Below are positions 12,334-22,627 of a stretch of 64,000 nt of DNA, in pieces. Made by a program: the position numbers and the translations under genes. Source of the stretch: Planctomycetota bacterium (lineage in GTDB: Bacteria > Planctomycetota > SZUA-567 > H5-PLA8). The stretch spans positions 1 to 64,000 of the forward strand of contig JBBRPR010000031.1 of NCBI GenBank assembly GCA_038227875.1. The letters run 5' to 3'. The notes under the pieces are model-generated. The model made no database searches. It was given only the letters and a program-made list of their open reading frames with translations, and was not told the origin of the DNA. Every line of letters begins with the position of its first letter. Position 1 is the stretch's first letter.

Positions 12334-14166
12334 ATGGCTCTCAAGAATGGTCACGCCTCTGATGCCGCTTCGGTTAAGCCTGGCCGGAACCGCATACATG
12401 CAGTCGTCTCTCGCTCACGGCGCGGCCATACGACGGAGGACTTGTTGAGCAATGCCGGCATTTTGCATTCCGCTCTCGATCAAGTCGGCGCAAATGTGCT
12501 GATGGTGGATGCCAGCCGCACAATCGTTTTCGTCAACGCCGCGTCGCACGCCACACTGCATCGCATCGCCGATACGCTTCGAGCAGCGGCAAAGTTGAAC
12601 GTGGACGAACTGGTCGGTGAATCGTTCGATGGCTTGTGCGGCGACGCCGCCGGGCGCATCGGCACACTGCTGGACAGCGGCAACGCCGCGCCCCAGCACG
12701 CGGAAACAACACTGGGCAAGCTGACCATGACTTTCGACTTCGCACCGTTGGCCGACGATGCCGGCTGGCTGGTGACCTGGGACGAAGTCAGCGAGAAGAA
12801 CCAGCTCGCACGGGAAGCCATGCGCGCGCGCAGCATCATCGAAAACGCGCCGACGCATATCCTGTTCGCCGAAACCGATCTCAAACTGACGCTGATCAAT
12901 CCCGCGTCGGTCAAGACGCTGCGGAAGATCGAACACCTGCTCCCGGTGAAAGTGGACCAGGCGCTGGGCCAGAATATCGACATCTTCCACAAGGATCGCG
13001 AACACCAGCGGCGGGTGCTGGGCGCCTTGCGTCCGGGGCAGAGCGCCTCGGCCGAAATCAAGCTCGCCGATGAAACGCTCAAGCTGGTCTACGCCGCGAT
13101 TCCAGACTCCAACGGCAAGGTCATGGGCTACATGGCCGCGTGGGAACTGATCTCGGACCAGATCGCGTTGAAGAAGCGCGAAGTGGAGCTGGCCGAACGC
13201 GAACGCGTTCAAGCCGAGGAGCTCAAGCACAAGGTCGACGAAATTCTTTCCGCGGTGATGCTCGCGTCGAAGGGCGATCTGACCTGCAAGGTCCCGGTCA
13301 GCGGCAGCGACACAGTTGGGCAACTGGGCGAAGGCGTACAGGCGCTGATCGCCGATCTGCGCAAGGACATGTCCCTGATCTCGCAGAATGCGCAGGCGCT
13401 GGCCGCGGCCTCGGAGGAACTCACCGGCACCGCGCAGCAGATGGCCGCCAACGCCGAAGAGACATCGGTGCAGGCCAATACGGTTTCGGCAGCCTCGGAA
13501 CAGGTCAGTAAGAATGTGCAGACCGTGGCGACAGGCACCGAAGAGATGACTGTGTCGATCAAGGAAATCGCCAAGAACGCGACGGAATCGGCGAAGGTCG
13601 CCACCAACGCCGTCAAGATCGCGGAGAGCACCAACAAGACCGTCTCCAAGCTGGGCGAAAGTTCGGTCGAAATCGGCAAGGTGGTCAAGGTGATCACCTC
13701 GATCGCACAGCAGACCAACCTGCTGGCGTTGAACGCCACGATCGAAGCCGCGCGCGCCGGCGAAGCGGGCAAGGGCTTCGCGGTGGTTGCCAACGAGGTC
13801 AAGGAACTAGCGAAGGAAACCGCGAAAGCGACGGAAGACATCAGCCAGAAAATCGACGCGATCCGCGGCGACACGCTGATGGCGGTGAAAGCGATCAAGG
13901 AAATCAGCGACGTCATCCTGCAGATCAACGAAATCTCCAGCACAATCGCCGGGGCAGTCGAAGAGCAAACGGCCACCACCAATGAAATGGGCCGGAACAT
14001 CAGTGAAGCGGCGAAAGGTGCTGGGGAAATTACTGAGAACATCCTGGGTGTGGCCAAGGCGGCTCAGGACACGACCACGGGCGCCACCGACACACAGAAG
14101 GCCTCCACCTCCCTCTCGCAGATGGCCACTCAGCTGCAGGCCCTGGTTGCCAAGTTCACGCTGTAA
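12334..14166 (+). CDS. soluble methyl-accepting chemotaxis protein with two PAS-like domains
   Basis: GGAG RBS before ATG 12334; two PAS-like repeats ([30 protein letters not shown]); signalling hairpin [34 protein letters not shown]; no TM segment. Confidence 0.93.
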   Translation: MALKNGHASDAASVKPGRNRIHAVVSRSRRGHTTEDLLSNAGILHSALDQVGANVLMVDASRTIVFVNAASHATLHRIADTLRAAAKLNVDELVGESFDGLCGDAAGRIGTLLDSGNAAPQHAETTLGKLTMTFDFAPLADDAGWLVTWDEVSEKNQLAREAMRARSIIENAPTHILFAETDLKLTLINPASVKTLRKIEHLLPVKVDQALGQNIDIFHKDREHQRRVLGALRPGQSASAEIKLADETLKLVYAAIPDSNGKVMGYMAAWELISDQIALKKREVELAERERVQAEELKHKVDEILSAVMLASKGDLTCKVPVSGSDTVGQLGEGVQALIADLRKDMSLISQNAQALAAASEELTGTAQQMAANAEETSVQANTVSAASEQVSKNVQTVATGTEEMTVSIKEIAKNATESAKVATNAVKIAESTNKTVSKLGESSVEIGKVVKVITSIAQQTNLLALNATIEAARAGEAGKGFAVVANEVKELAKETAKATEDISQKIDAIRGDTLMAVKAIKEISDVILQINEISSTIAGAVEEQTATTNEMGRNISEAAKGAGEITENILGVAKAAQDTTTGATDTQKASTSLSQMATQLQALVAKFTL

Positions 14167-14178
14167 GGACGACAGACC

Positions 14179-14206
14179 TCGCTTCGGGCCACGTGGCCCG
14201 AAGCGA
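14179..14206. repeat. perfect 28-bp palindrome between the MCP gene and cheB
   Basis: TCGCTTCGGGCCAC|GTGGCCCGAAGCGA is its own reverse complement. Confidence 0.9.
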
Positions 14207-14265
14207 TAACACAAGCACGTACATCGTGAGTGGGCAACAGGACGGTTAATCGAGGACGAACGCGC

Positions 14266-15693
14266 ATGAAAGCACTGGTGGTCGACGATACGGGAGTCAT
14301 GCGACACGTGCTGTCGGCGTCGTTGCGCAAGTTGGACTTCGACGTGATCGAAGCCGACAACGGCGCGGCCGCGATCCAGGCGATCTACACCGGCAACGGC
14401 GCGGACATCATCTTTGTCGACTGGAAGATGCCGACGATGGACGGAATGGAATTCGTCCGGCAGCTCCGGCGCGATGAAACCTTCAAGCGTATTCCCATCT
14501 GCATGGTCAGCAGCAAATCCGAAGAAGATGCCATCAAGGAAGCGATGGACGCCGGCGCCGATGCATACATGACCAAACCCTTTTCGATGGACACCTTGCG
14601 CGCCAAATGCAGCATCGCCCGTCACGAAGCGTTCGCCGTACCGTCCGTAAAAGCCGTGCGCGTTCTCGCGGCCGACGGCTCATCGACGACCCGCAAGATC
14701 ATTACCGAAGCGTTCGCGGCGCATCCGGATTTGCAACTGGTGGCCACGGCAGCCACCGCCAGCATCTGTCTTCAAAAAGTGCGGCAATTCAATCCCGACC
14801 TGCTGATCGTGGATCTCGACTCCCCGGAAGTGGATGGCCTGAACGTGCTGAAGGCGCTCCAGAAGTCCCATCCCCATCTCCAATCGCTGGCGTTGATCGA
14901 ACATTCCGACCGTGGCGCGCAAGAGGCTTTCGACGGCATGCAAGCCGGAGCCGGCGACTTTCTCCTCAAGGACGACACGCTCCGCGACCAGCTCATCCCC
15001 AAGCTTCGCCACGTTTTGAAACAGAGCGCCACCACCTCGGGTCTGCAGCCGGCGGTCGAATCCAAAACGCCCATCAAGGTACGCGACACCTTTCGTACGA
15101 TCCGGCGTGAAGTCATCGCCATTGGCGTCTCCACCGGAGGCCCCAACGCGCTCGCGACCTTTCTGCCCATGCTGCCCAAGTCGCTTAACGTGCCGCTGCT
15201 GATCGTACAGCACATGCCCCCGCGCTTTACGCAGCTGCTGGCCGAACGCCTCGACGCCGAATGCGGAATCCACGTCGTCGAAGCCACCGCGGACATGGAA
15301 TTGCAGCCCGGCACCGCCTACATCGCCCCGGGCGATCATCATCTCACGATCAAGCGCGAGGGCACGAAAATCGTCACGGCGCTGAACCAGGGGCCGCAGG
15401 AAAATTCCTGCCGGCCGGCCGTCGATGTGCTCTTCCGTTCCGTCGCCGACGTCTACGGCGCGTCGGCCATTGCCATCGTGCTGACCGGCATGGGCAAGGA
15501 CGGCTACTCCGGTACACAGATTTTAAAGCGCGCTGGCGCATATGTGATTGCTCAGGACAAGGACTCTAGTGTGGTCTGGGGTATGCCCCGGTTTATCGCC
15601 GAGGCTGGGTTGGCTAACGCAGTGGTGCCCATCGATCAGGTGGCAATTGAGGTTCAGCGATGTCTATCGCGGTCAGAGACATGTATTCGATAA
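14266..15693 (+). CDS. cheB: CheY-like REC fused to CheB (REC-REC-methylesterase)
   Basis: REC1 IIFVDWKMPTMDG; REC2 LLIVDLDSPEVDG; methylesterase motifs GVSTGGP, VQHMP, RPAVDVLF, LTGMGKDG. Confidence 0.9.
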   Translation: MKALVVDDTGVMRHVLSASLRKLDFDVIEADNGAAAIQAIYTGNGADIIFVDWKMPTMDGMEFVRQLRRDETFKRIPICMVSSKSEEDAIKEAMDAGADAYMTKPFSMDTLRAKCSIARHEAFAVPSVKAVRVLAADGSSTTRKIITEAFAAHPDLQLVATAATASICLQKVRQFNPDLLIVDLDSPEVDGLNVLKALQKSHPHLQSLALIEHSDRGAQEAFDGMQAGAGDFLLKDDTLRDQLIPKLRHVLKQSATTSGLQPAVESKTPIKVRDTFRTIRREVIAIGVSTGGPNALATFLPMLPKSLNVPLLIVQHMPPRFTQLLAERLDAECGIHVVEATADMELQPGTAYIAPGDHHLTIKREGTKIVTALNQGPQENSCRPAVDVLFRSVADVYGASAIAIVLTGMGKDGYSGTQILKRAGAYVIAQDKDSSVVWGMPRFIAEAGLANAVVPIDQVAIEVQRCLSRSETCIR

Positions 15694-16500
15694 CGTCCGA
15701 GGACGTGGATTTTGTCGTCCAATTCGTGGCGAAAGAGTCCGGTATCGTGCTCGATCACGCCAAGACCTATCTGATCGATTCGCGGCTCGCGGACGTCGCG
15801 CGCCGCTTGAATCTCGGCGGGCCCTCCGAAGTCATCAAAAAACTCCGTACCATGCCGACGCCGGAACTGCAACGTCAGGCCGTCGAGGCCATGACCACCA
15901 ACGAAACCTCGTTCTTCCGGGATCATTCGCCGTTCGAAGCGCTCAAGACCGATATCGTCCCCAAATTGATCACCCAGAACGCCGCCAAACGCTCCATTCG
16001 CATCTGGAGCGCCGCGTGTTCGACCGGCCAGGAGGCCTATTCGATTGCCATGACGCTGCGCGAGAGTTTCCCGGTGCTGTCCACCTGGAAGATCGAAATC
16101 GTCGGCACCGACATCAATTCACAGGTCCTGCAGCGCGCGCGATGGAAAATTTTCCCAGTTGGAAGTCAACCGCGGTCTGCCTGCGCCATTGCTGATCAAA
16201 TACTTCACGCAATCTGATCGCGACTGGGTGATCAAACCCGATTTGATCCGCATGACCGACTTCCGCAGCTTCAACCTGCTCAAGGATCTGACCGTCCTCG
16301 GCCGCTTCGACATCATCTTCTGCCGCAATGTGCTGATCTACTTCGACGTGCCCACCAAGCGCCGCATGCTGACGGAAATTCAACGCATGATGGACGGCAC
16401 TGGAGTGCTGTTTCTCGGCGGCGCGGAGACGGTCTACGGCGTGGTCGACGGCTACAAGCGACTGACGTCAGGCAAGGCTGTGTACTACCAGGTTGGATAA
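15681..16500 (+). pseudogene. cheR: chemotaxis methyltransferase CheR, split by a frameshift at about 16133-16141
   Basis: The first ORF has TTNETSFFRD and IWSAACSTGQEAYS; the second has FDIIFCRNVLIYF. Adding one CG unit to cagcgcgcgcgat restores QRARDGKFSQLEVNRGL. Confidence 0.88.
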
Positions 16501-16545
16501 GTCAGGGCACTCAGCGCGCAGGGCGTGGTGTCGGAGTAAGGGCCA

Positions 16546-18582
16546 ATGAACAAGCCGAATCCTCAGATCCCCCCCGTGCCAGCAGAGCCCGAGCGTTCAG
16601 CGCGCGCCATCCGAACGTCGCGTCCGCTGGTGGCCGCTTCAGTTCCCTGCGAAAGCGAACAGCTCCTGCGGAGCTATTTCGACAGCCCCGGCGCGATGCG
16701 CGGTGTCGTGGAAGTAGTGGGCGAGGACATTCTTCACCGCTCCGACAACGCGGTAAGCGCCGCGTACTTTCGCCGCAGCCAGAAGTCCATGAAGGACCGC
16801 TTCGCCAGCGAGCTGGGCATGTCGCACGAGACCATCCAGCTGTGGATCGGCCATTACCTCGACAGCCTGCGCTCAGGCCAAGCCGTGACATTTGAATATT
16901 GCAGGACCGTCGAAGGCACCGCAACGTGGCTGGCCGCCACGGTCAGCCCGCTGGGCATCAGTTCCACGGGGCATCCGCGCTTCGCTTACGTCGTCTGGGA
17001 TATTACCAAAGAGAAGCAGCAGGAGCAGGCGCTGCACGAAAGCGAAATGCGCCTGCGTGCCATTCTCGATTACGCCGCCGATGCCATCATCACCATCGAT
17101 GAAGCAGGGATTGTCCAGACCTTCAACAAGGCCGCCGAACATATTTTCGGCTATACCCCCGCGGAAATTATTGGTGCTAACATCAACAAGCTGATGCCGG
17201 AACCGCATCGCGCCGCTCACGATGGCTATATGCGCCGGTATCTCGCCACGGGATTGCCCAACGTGATCGGCATCGGCCGGGAACTGCAGGGTCAGCGCAA
17301 GGATGGCGCGCGAGTGCCGATCTTCCTGAACGTCAGCGCCGTGATGTTGAGCGGCAAGCGCTATTTCACCGGCGTCGTCCGCGATTTGACTCAGGAAAAG
17401 CTGGCGCTGGCCGAACGCCGGGCACGCGAACAGCAGGCGATGCAGTCACAGAAAGTCGAAGCCCTCTCCGTGCTTGCCGGTGGCATCGCCCACGACTTCA
17501 ACAACATCCTCACCTCGATCCTGGGCTACGCGGACGTGGCGCAGTCGTTTTCCAACGAACCTCCAAAAGTGGAGAACGCGCTGAAGCGGATCGTCGCCGG
17601 CGGCGAGCGCGCCCGCGACCTGGTCAAGCAGCTCCTCGCCTTCAGCCAGATGGGCATCGATTGCCGCGACGACGTCGATTTGAGAATGAGCATTCAACAG
17701 GCGCTGCAACTGCTCCAAGCGGCCAAGCCGGAGGGCGTTACCGTCAAATGCGTACTGTCGTCCGTGCCGGTCGTCGTGATGGCCGACGCGGTGCAGATGA
17801 ATCAGGTGGTGATGAACCTTTGCACCAACGCCTTTCAGGCCATGAACGCCGGCGGCGAACTGAAAATCAACCTGGACGCGCGAACCATCACCGACGCCGC
17901 GGAGCTGCCCGACACCCGCGTCACTCCCGGCCGCTACGCCTGCATGACCATCTGCGACAGTGGGACAGGCATGACCGAAGAACTTCAGAAACGCATCTTC
18001 GAGCCGTTTTTCACGACACGGGGAATCAAGAGCTCCGGTCTGGGCCTGTCCGTGGTGCACGGCATCGTCAAAAAGCACAATGGCACCATGAAGGTGAAAT
18101 CGCAGCCCGGCGTGGGCAGCTCTTTCATCATCTGGATTCCACTGAAATCAGAAGAACTGCCGCCCGCGGCGCCTGTGGCATCCGGCAAAGGCGCGGATTT
18201 GGGCGGCGGACTCATGCTCTTGATCGACGACGATCTGGCAGTGCTCAGCTTCGAGAAGGATGTCCTGACCGATCTGGGTTTCCAGGTCGAAGCCTGCTCA
18301 AACCCGGAGCAGGCGCTGGCGCTGATTCAAGCCGACCCTCACCGGTTCAGATTCATCGTCAGCGACTTCAACATGCCTGGGATGAATGGAATTGAACTGA
18401 CCGACCGCATCCGCCAGGTGAATTCAGTTGTGCCGATCCTGATCGCTTCCGGACGCGAAGATCCCTGCGTCACCGCCCATATCCGGGTAACACCGGGAAA
18501 TCTTGCCTTGCTGCCGAAGCCGTTTCTACGCAAGGAAATGCAAGTCGCTCTGGAACGCATTTTAGCGGGGAGTAAATCATGA
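16546..18582 (+). CDS. cytoplasmic PAS-PAS hybrid histidine kinase with C-terminal REC
   Basis: FixL-like PAS (DAIITID...LMPEPHRAAHDGY); H-box LAGGIAHDFNNIL; NLCTNA; DSGTGM; GLGLSVV; REC IVSDFNMPGMNG. Confidence 0.92.
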   Translation: MNKPNPQIPPVPAEPERSARAIRTSRPLVAASVPCESEQLLRSYFDSPGAMRGVVEVVGEDILHRSDNAVSAAYFRRSQKSMKDRFASELGMSHETIQLWIGHYLDSLRSGQAVTFEYCRTVEGTATWLAATVSPLGISSTGHPRFAYVVWDITKEKQQEQALHESEMRLRAILDYAADAIITIDEAGIVQTFNKAAEHIFGYTPAEIIGANINKLMPEPHRAAHDGYMRRYLATGLPNVIGIGRELQGQRKDGARVPIFLNVSAVMLSGKRYFTGVVRDLTQEKLALAERRAREQQAMQSQKVEALSVLAGGIAHDFNNILTSILGYADVAQSFSNEPPKVENALKRIVAGGERARDLVKQLLAFSQMGIDCRDDVDLRMSIQQALQLLQAAKPEGVTVKCVLSSVPVVVMADAVQMNQVVMNLCTNAFQAMNAGGELKINLDARTITDAAELPDTRVTPGRYACMTICDSGTGMTEELQKRIFEPFFTTRGIKSSGLGLSVVHGIVKKHNGTMKVKSQPGVGSSFIIWIPLKSEELPPAAPVASGKGADLGGGLMLLIDDDLAVLSFEKDVLTDLGFQVEACSNPEQALALIQADPHRFRFIVSDFNMPGMNGIELTDRIRQVNSVVPILIASGREDPCVTAHIRVTPGNLALLPKPFLRKEMQVALERILAGSKS

Positions 18583-18986
18583 GAAAATGTGTGATGATTA
18601 TTGACGACGACGAACAGATTGTGGCTCTCCTGAAGTTATCGTTGCTGGAGCGTGGTTACGATGTCACCACGGCCTGCTCGGCCACGGATGCGTCACAAAA
18701 ATTGGAATACACTCCCGTGGACCTGATCATCACCGACATCTTCATGGATGACGGTGATGGATTCGACGTGATCTTCAAATGGCGCAAGCAGGGCAAACAA
18801 TGCAAACTGATCGCCATATCCGGCGGCGGCGCCCAAAATGGTCCGGATACGTTTCTGGAAACCGCGCGGTTGGCCGGAGTCCAGCGCACCTTTAACAAGC
18901 CGTTCCACCGCTCAGACTTGCTCCGGGCCGTCGACGAGTTGCTGGAAGTCGATCCAGCGCTGCTGGACTCTCCGCGGACAGCTTGA
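18579..18986 (+). CDS. single-domain response regulator
   Basis: VMIIDDD, LIITDIFMDDGDG, IAISG, KPF; overlaps the preceding stop codon. Confidence 0.9.
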   Translation: MRKCVMIIDDDEQIVALLKLSLLERGYDVTTACSATDASQKLEYTPVDLIITDIFMDDGDGFDVIFKWRKQGKQCKLIAISGGGAQNGPDTFLETARLAGVQRTFNKPFHRSDLLRAVDELLEVDPALLDSPRTA

Positions 18987-19111
18987 CGGCTTCTGTTAAA
19001 TGGATTTGACGAGTAACGAGTGGTCTTTACCATCGTTCTGGTTAAGATAAGCCCATTGTGCGTGAAGACGTCGCAGCTTGCTTGAAGTACTTCCAGTTAG
19101 GAGATGAGTCG

Positions 19112-19483
19112 ATGGATCTGCAGATAGAAGGTAGACATTTCAAAGTCACTGAGGCCATTCAAACCCACCTAGAAGAAAAAATCGGCAAGCTCGAACACTA
19201 CTACGATGGCATCCATCACATTCACATCGTGCTGAGCGTTGAAAAGGTCAAACGTCAGTGCGTGGAATTGATTTGCACGGTCGCCAAGCGCCAGACGCTG
19301 GTGTCGAAGGGCGAAGCCGAAGACATGTACGTGGCCATCGATAAGGCCGAAAAGAAGATGCTCGCCGAACTGAAGAAGTTCAAGGCGAAGCTGACCTCGT
19401 CACGCCGCGAACCGGGACTGAAGGTGCTGGCGGCGAAAGCCGCGGCCACCGCCGCCGAGACCGACGACGACTCCGACGAGTAA
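19112..19483 (+). CDS. raiA: ribosome hibernation factor (HPF/RaiA, sigma54 modulation protein family)
   Basis: MDLQIEGRHFKVTEAI...EEKIGKL...DMYVAID; AGGAG RBS. Confidence 0.9.
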   Translation: MDLQIEGRHFKVTEAIQTHLEEKIGKLEHYYDGIHHIHIVLSVEKVKRQCVELICTVAKRQTLVSKGEAEDMYVAIDKAEKKMLAELKKFKAKLTSSRREPGLKVLAAKAAATAAETDDDSDE

Positions 19484-19604
19484 CTTCGAGTTGGCCTGAT
19501 CCCGCATGAGGTGGGGGCGGATTTTCGCCCTCACACGGTGGGCTTGTGAGCCAGGAAACGTTAAACTTTAGACGACGTAGCAGAAACGAAGCTGGGGAGG
19601 CACG

Positions 19605-20081
19605 ATGAAGCTGGGCGAAATCATTCCTGAAGGCGGAATACTGGACGACCTGAAGGCCGTCACCAAGGAAGAAGTCATCAAGGAGATGGTTCAGGCGCTG
19701 GTCAAAGCTGGACGGATTGACGAAGCCAACTCCAAAAAGGTCGTCAAGGCCTTGATGGACCGCGAAGAACTCGGCTCCACCGGCATCGGCGCAGGCGTGG
19801 CCGTGCCGCACGCCAAGCACGACTCCGTCACCGACCTCGTCGGCGCCTTTGGCCGCTCCAAGCGCGGCATTGCCTTTGAAGCGCTGGACGGTGAACCCGT
19901 GCACGTGCTCTTCCTGCTGCTCTCTTCCAAAAGCGCTTCCGGAGCCCATCTTGAAGCGCTGGCCTATATCTCGCGGCTGGTACGAGACGAAAAGTTCGTG
20001 AAGTTCCTGCGCGAATCGAAAGACTCCAGCGGAATCCGCGATCTGCTCAACGAAGCCGACCAGACTCTGGGCGGAAACTGA
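19605..20081 (+). CDS. ptsN: PTS EIIA component (PtsN/fructose-type)
   Basis: REELGSTGIGAGVAVPHAK; ALDGEPVHVLFLL; follows hpf. Confidence 0.88.
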   Translation: MKLGEIIPEGGILDDLKAVTKEEVIKEMVQALVKAGRIDEANSKKVVKALMDREELGSTGIGAGVAVPHAKHDSVTDLVGAFGRSKRGIAFEALDGEPVHVLFLLLSSKSASGAHLEALAYISRLVRDEKFVKFLRESKDSSGIRDLLNEADQTLGGN

Positions 20082-20120
20082 GAAGTCGTACGTTTCGCTG
20101 CTGCGCGAACGGGTTGACGG

Positions 20121-20192
20121 CAGTTTTGAGTGTTGAGTGTTGAGTTTTTAGTTGCTCTTAACTAAAAACTAAGAACTCAAAACTCAAAACTG
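20121..20192. repeat. hairpin built from heptamer tandem repeats (GTTTTGA / TCAAAAC)
   Basis: 33-nt arms CAGTTTTGAGTGTTGAGTGTTGAGTTTTTAGTT and AACTAAAAACTAAGAACTCAAAACTCAAAACTG are near-complementary. Confidence 0.85.
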
Positions 20193-20229
20193 GCCTTTTG
20201 CATGGGCCAGGTTTAGAACAGCTGCCACT

Positions 20230-21492
20230 ATGTTCCTCGACAAATTCTTCAAATGGCTGCGGCCGGGCATGCGCATCAAGCGCTGGATCGCCGTCATCCT
20301 GCTGGGCATTATTTTCGCCGTTTTCGCCGCCGGAATGTTCATCGTTTTCTGGTTCGCGACGCCCGGCTACGGGCGTTTCTCCGGGAAGGAATTCCTGATC
20401 GGCTCGGCGCTCGGTTTTGCGCTCGCCGGCTTCTGCCTGATCACCGGCATCTACCGCCTGATCAAATCGATGTGGGGCCTGGTCGACCGGCGCGGCGCGC
20501 AGAAGGGCCTGGTCGAAGCCGCCTACGAACGCGCCGTGCTCTCCGCCGGCCCGAAAGTCGTCGCCATCGGCGGCGGCACCGGCTTGGCCTGCGTGCTGAC
20601 GGGCCTGAAAGAACACTCCCGCGACATCACCGCGATCGTCTCGATGGCCGACGACGGCGGCAGCTCGGGCAAGCTCCGCCAGGAGCTCGGCATCAATCCG
20701 CCCGGCGACATCCGCAAATGCTTGATCGCACTCGCCGACGAAGAACCGCTCATGAGCGAACTGCTGGAGTTCCGTTTTCCGGAGAACGAACTCGGCGGCC
20801 ACAATTTCGGCAATCTATTTCTGACCGCGCTGGCCCGCATCCGTGGCGATTTCGGCGAAGGCATCCGCGAAGCCAACCGCATTCTCTCCGTGCGTGGACA
20901 GGTGCTCCCCTCGACGCTCGACCGCGTCCTGCTGGTCGCCACGCACGAAGACGACACGAAAACCACCGGCCAGGCGCTGATCAGCAAGACGCAGAAGCGC
21001 ATCAAAAAGCTGGAGCTCCGCCCCGATCCCGAACCGGTCGCCACCGACATTGCCCGCGCCATTGAAGAGGCCGAGCTGATCGTGATCGGCCCGGGCAGTC
21101 TGTACACGTCCGTGATTCCCAATCTGCTCATCCGCGGCATGTCCGAAGCCCTGGCACGAAGCAAGGCCAAGAAGGTTTTCATCTGCAACATCATGACCTA
21201 CGAAGGCGAAACCCGCGGCTACAACCTGCCCGATTTTCTCAAGGCGATCGATGACCATACCTATCCGCACCGCGTTTACGATTACGTGCTGGTGAACAAT
21301 GGCAACCACGGCGACACCGGCATCCTGGCCATTAAAGACCGCAATGCGCATAAAGTTCAATACGACCGCAAGGCCTACGAGAACGCACCGATCCATTTAA
21401 TCACCGACGACGTGGTCAATCCCGCGTATCCGTTGCGCCACGACACACATAAGTTGGCGCAGGCGCTGGTGGATATTTTGAAAAGCGCCTGA
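20230..21492 (+). CDS. yvcK: YvcK/GlmR (CofD-like, UPF0052) family protein with N-terminal TM segments
   Basis: VVAIGGGTG, ADDGGSSG, PPGDIR, GHNFGNL, IGPGSLYTS, RHD. Confidence 0.92.
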   Translation: MFLDKFFKWLRPGMRIKRWIAVILLGIIFAVFAAGMFIVFWFATPGYGRFSGKEFLIGSALGFALAGFCLITGIYRLIKSMWGLVDRRGAQKGLVEAAYERAVLSAGPKVVAIGGGTGLACVLTGLKEHSRDITAIVSMADDGGSSGKLRQELGINPPGDIRKCLIALADEEPLMSELLEFRFPENELGGHNFGNLFLTALARIRGDFGEGIREANRILSVRGQVLPSTLDRVLLVATHEDDTKTTGQALISKTQKRIKKLELRPDPEPVATDIARAIEEAELIVIGPGSLYTSVIPNLLIRGMSEALARSKAKKVFICNIMTYEGETRGYNLPDFLKAIDDHTYPHRVYDYVLVNNGNHGDTGILAIKDRNAHKVQYDRKAYENAPIHLITDDVVNPAYPLRHDTHKLAQALVDILKSA

Positions 21493-21750
21493 GAATTTTT
21501 TTCGCGTTTTGGGGATTTCCAAATTTACGTTTCGGGGTATCACTTCGCTCAGGTGTGGACGCGAAATTGCATGCAACACCACCTGTGAACGGCTGTAAAA
21601 GCGCGCCATGTTTCTTAATGCCTTCCTAACAAAAGGAAGGGCAGTTTTTAAGAGAAGTTTACTTGGAATTTCGCGTCTTACGGCTATCGTTTTAAGGGAG
21701 TGCTCAATTCGCAACATCCCGCAATCTGCAGTAACGCACTTGGGGCGCGT

Positions 21751-22050
21751 ATGACAAGCTCGTGGCTCGAAAAAAGTATCGACTTGAAAAACAAGCACGG
21801 GCTTCACATGCGGCCGGCTCAGCGCATCGTTGAAGTGGCGAGCAAATACAAAGCGGATATTCGCGCCGTCAAAGACGACATGGATTGCAACGCCAAAAGC
21901 ATTCTCGACATGATCGAGTTCGCCGCCCACATGGTCCGCTCCACCGCCCACGACGACAACTCCTTCCTCTTCCGCGCCAGCGGCGACGACGCCCAATCCG
22001 CGCTCGAAGCACTCGGCCTGCTGGTCGACGACAAGTTCGGCCTGGAGTAG
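21751..22050 (+). CDS. ptsH: HPr family phosphocarrier protein
   Basis: NKHGLHMRPA (His15 motif); NAKSIL (Ser46 motif). Confidence 0.88.
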   Translation: MTSSWLEKSIDLKNKHGLHMRPAQRIVEVASKYKADIRAVKDDMDCNAKSILDMIEFAAHMVRSTAHDDNSFLFRASGDDAQSALEALGLLVDDKFGLE

Positions 22051-22066
22051 TTTCGGCTCTTGGCTT

Positions 22067-22627
22067 GTGGCTCTTGGGAGTGCGAGAACGGTGCGCCGCA
22101 ATCGTGCAACGTCTGACCTCAAAAGTTCCTTTGAAATAGATTACCCGTTCATTCCCAAATCCAATTTGCAATTGCTCCCCGGGCAATTCTGGGCCATTCC
22201 GCTTTCCAATGGAAGGTTCGCATGCGGTCGCGTACTTCAGCTCCCGCCTGTGAATTATTCCTATGGGAAAAAGTGTGCTTTTTTCGCAGGTGTGATGAAC
22301 TGGATATCCACAAAGCCGCCCACGGCAGACAGCATTGCAGGATCTAAACTGCTAGCGCAGGGAGCGGCTCACATCAAAGCGATTCATCAAACTGGAAAAG
22401 AGATTCTCGGCTATCGATCACTAGGTTCGGACAAGATTGCAGTCCGATTGGAAACTAACGCAGCCTATCCTCCGTGCGATGTTGTGCGAGGATTCAAAAT
22501 CGTCAGGCCCGCAACTCCGAGCGATACAAAAAAGTTAAACACCAAATCCACCTGGGGCTTTCGCGTTCCACTTATTATTGCTGAAAGAATTCTCGTTGAA
22601 GGTAAGAAGGTCGCGTACGGAAAGTGA
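22067..22627 (+). CDS. Imm26-like immunity protein (orphan); start uncertain
   Basis: YPFIPKS...PGQFWAIPLSNGRFACGRVL...WG; visibly AT-richer than its neighbours. Confidence 0.65.
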   Translation: MALGSARTVRRNRATSDLKSSFEIDYPFIPKSNLQLLPGQFWAIPLSNGRFACGRVLQLPPVNYSYGKKCAFFAGVMNWISTKPPTADSIAGSKLLAQGAAHIKAIHQTGKEILGYRSLGSDKIAVRLETNAAYPPCDVVRGFKIVRPATPSDTKKLNTKSTWGFRVPLIIAERILVEGKKVAYGK

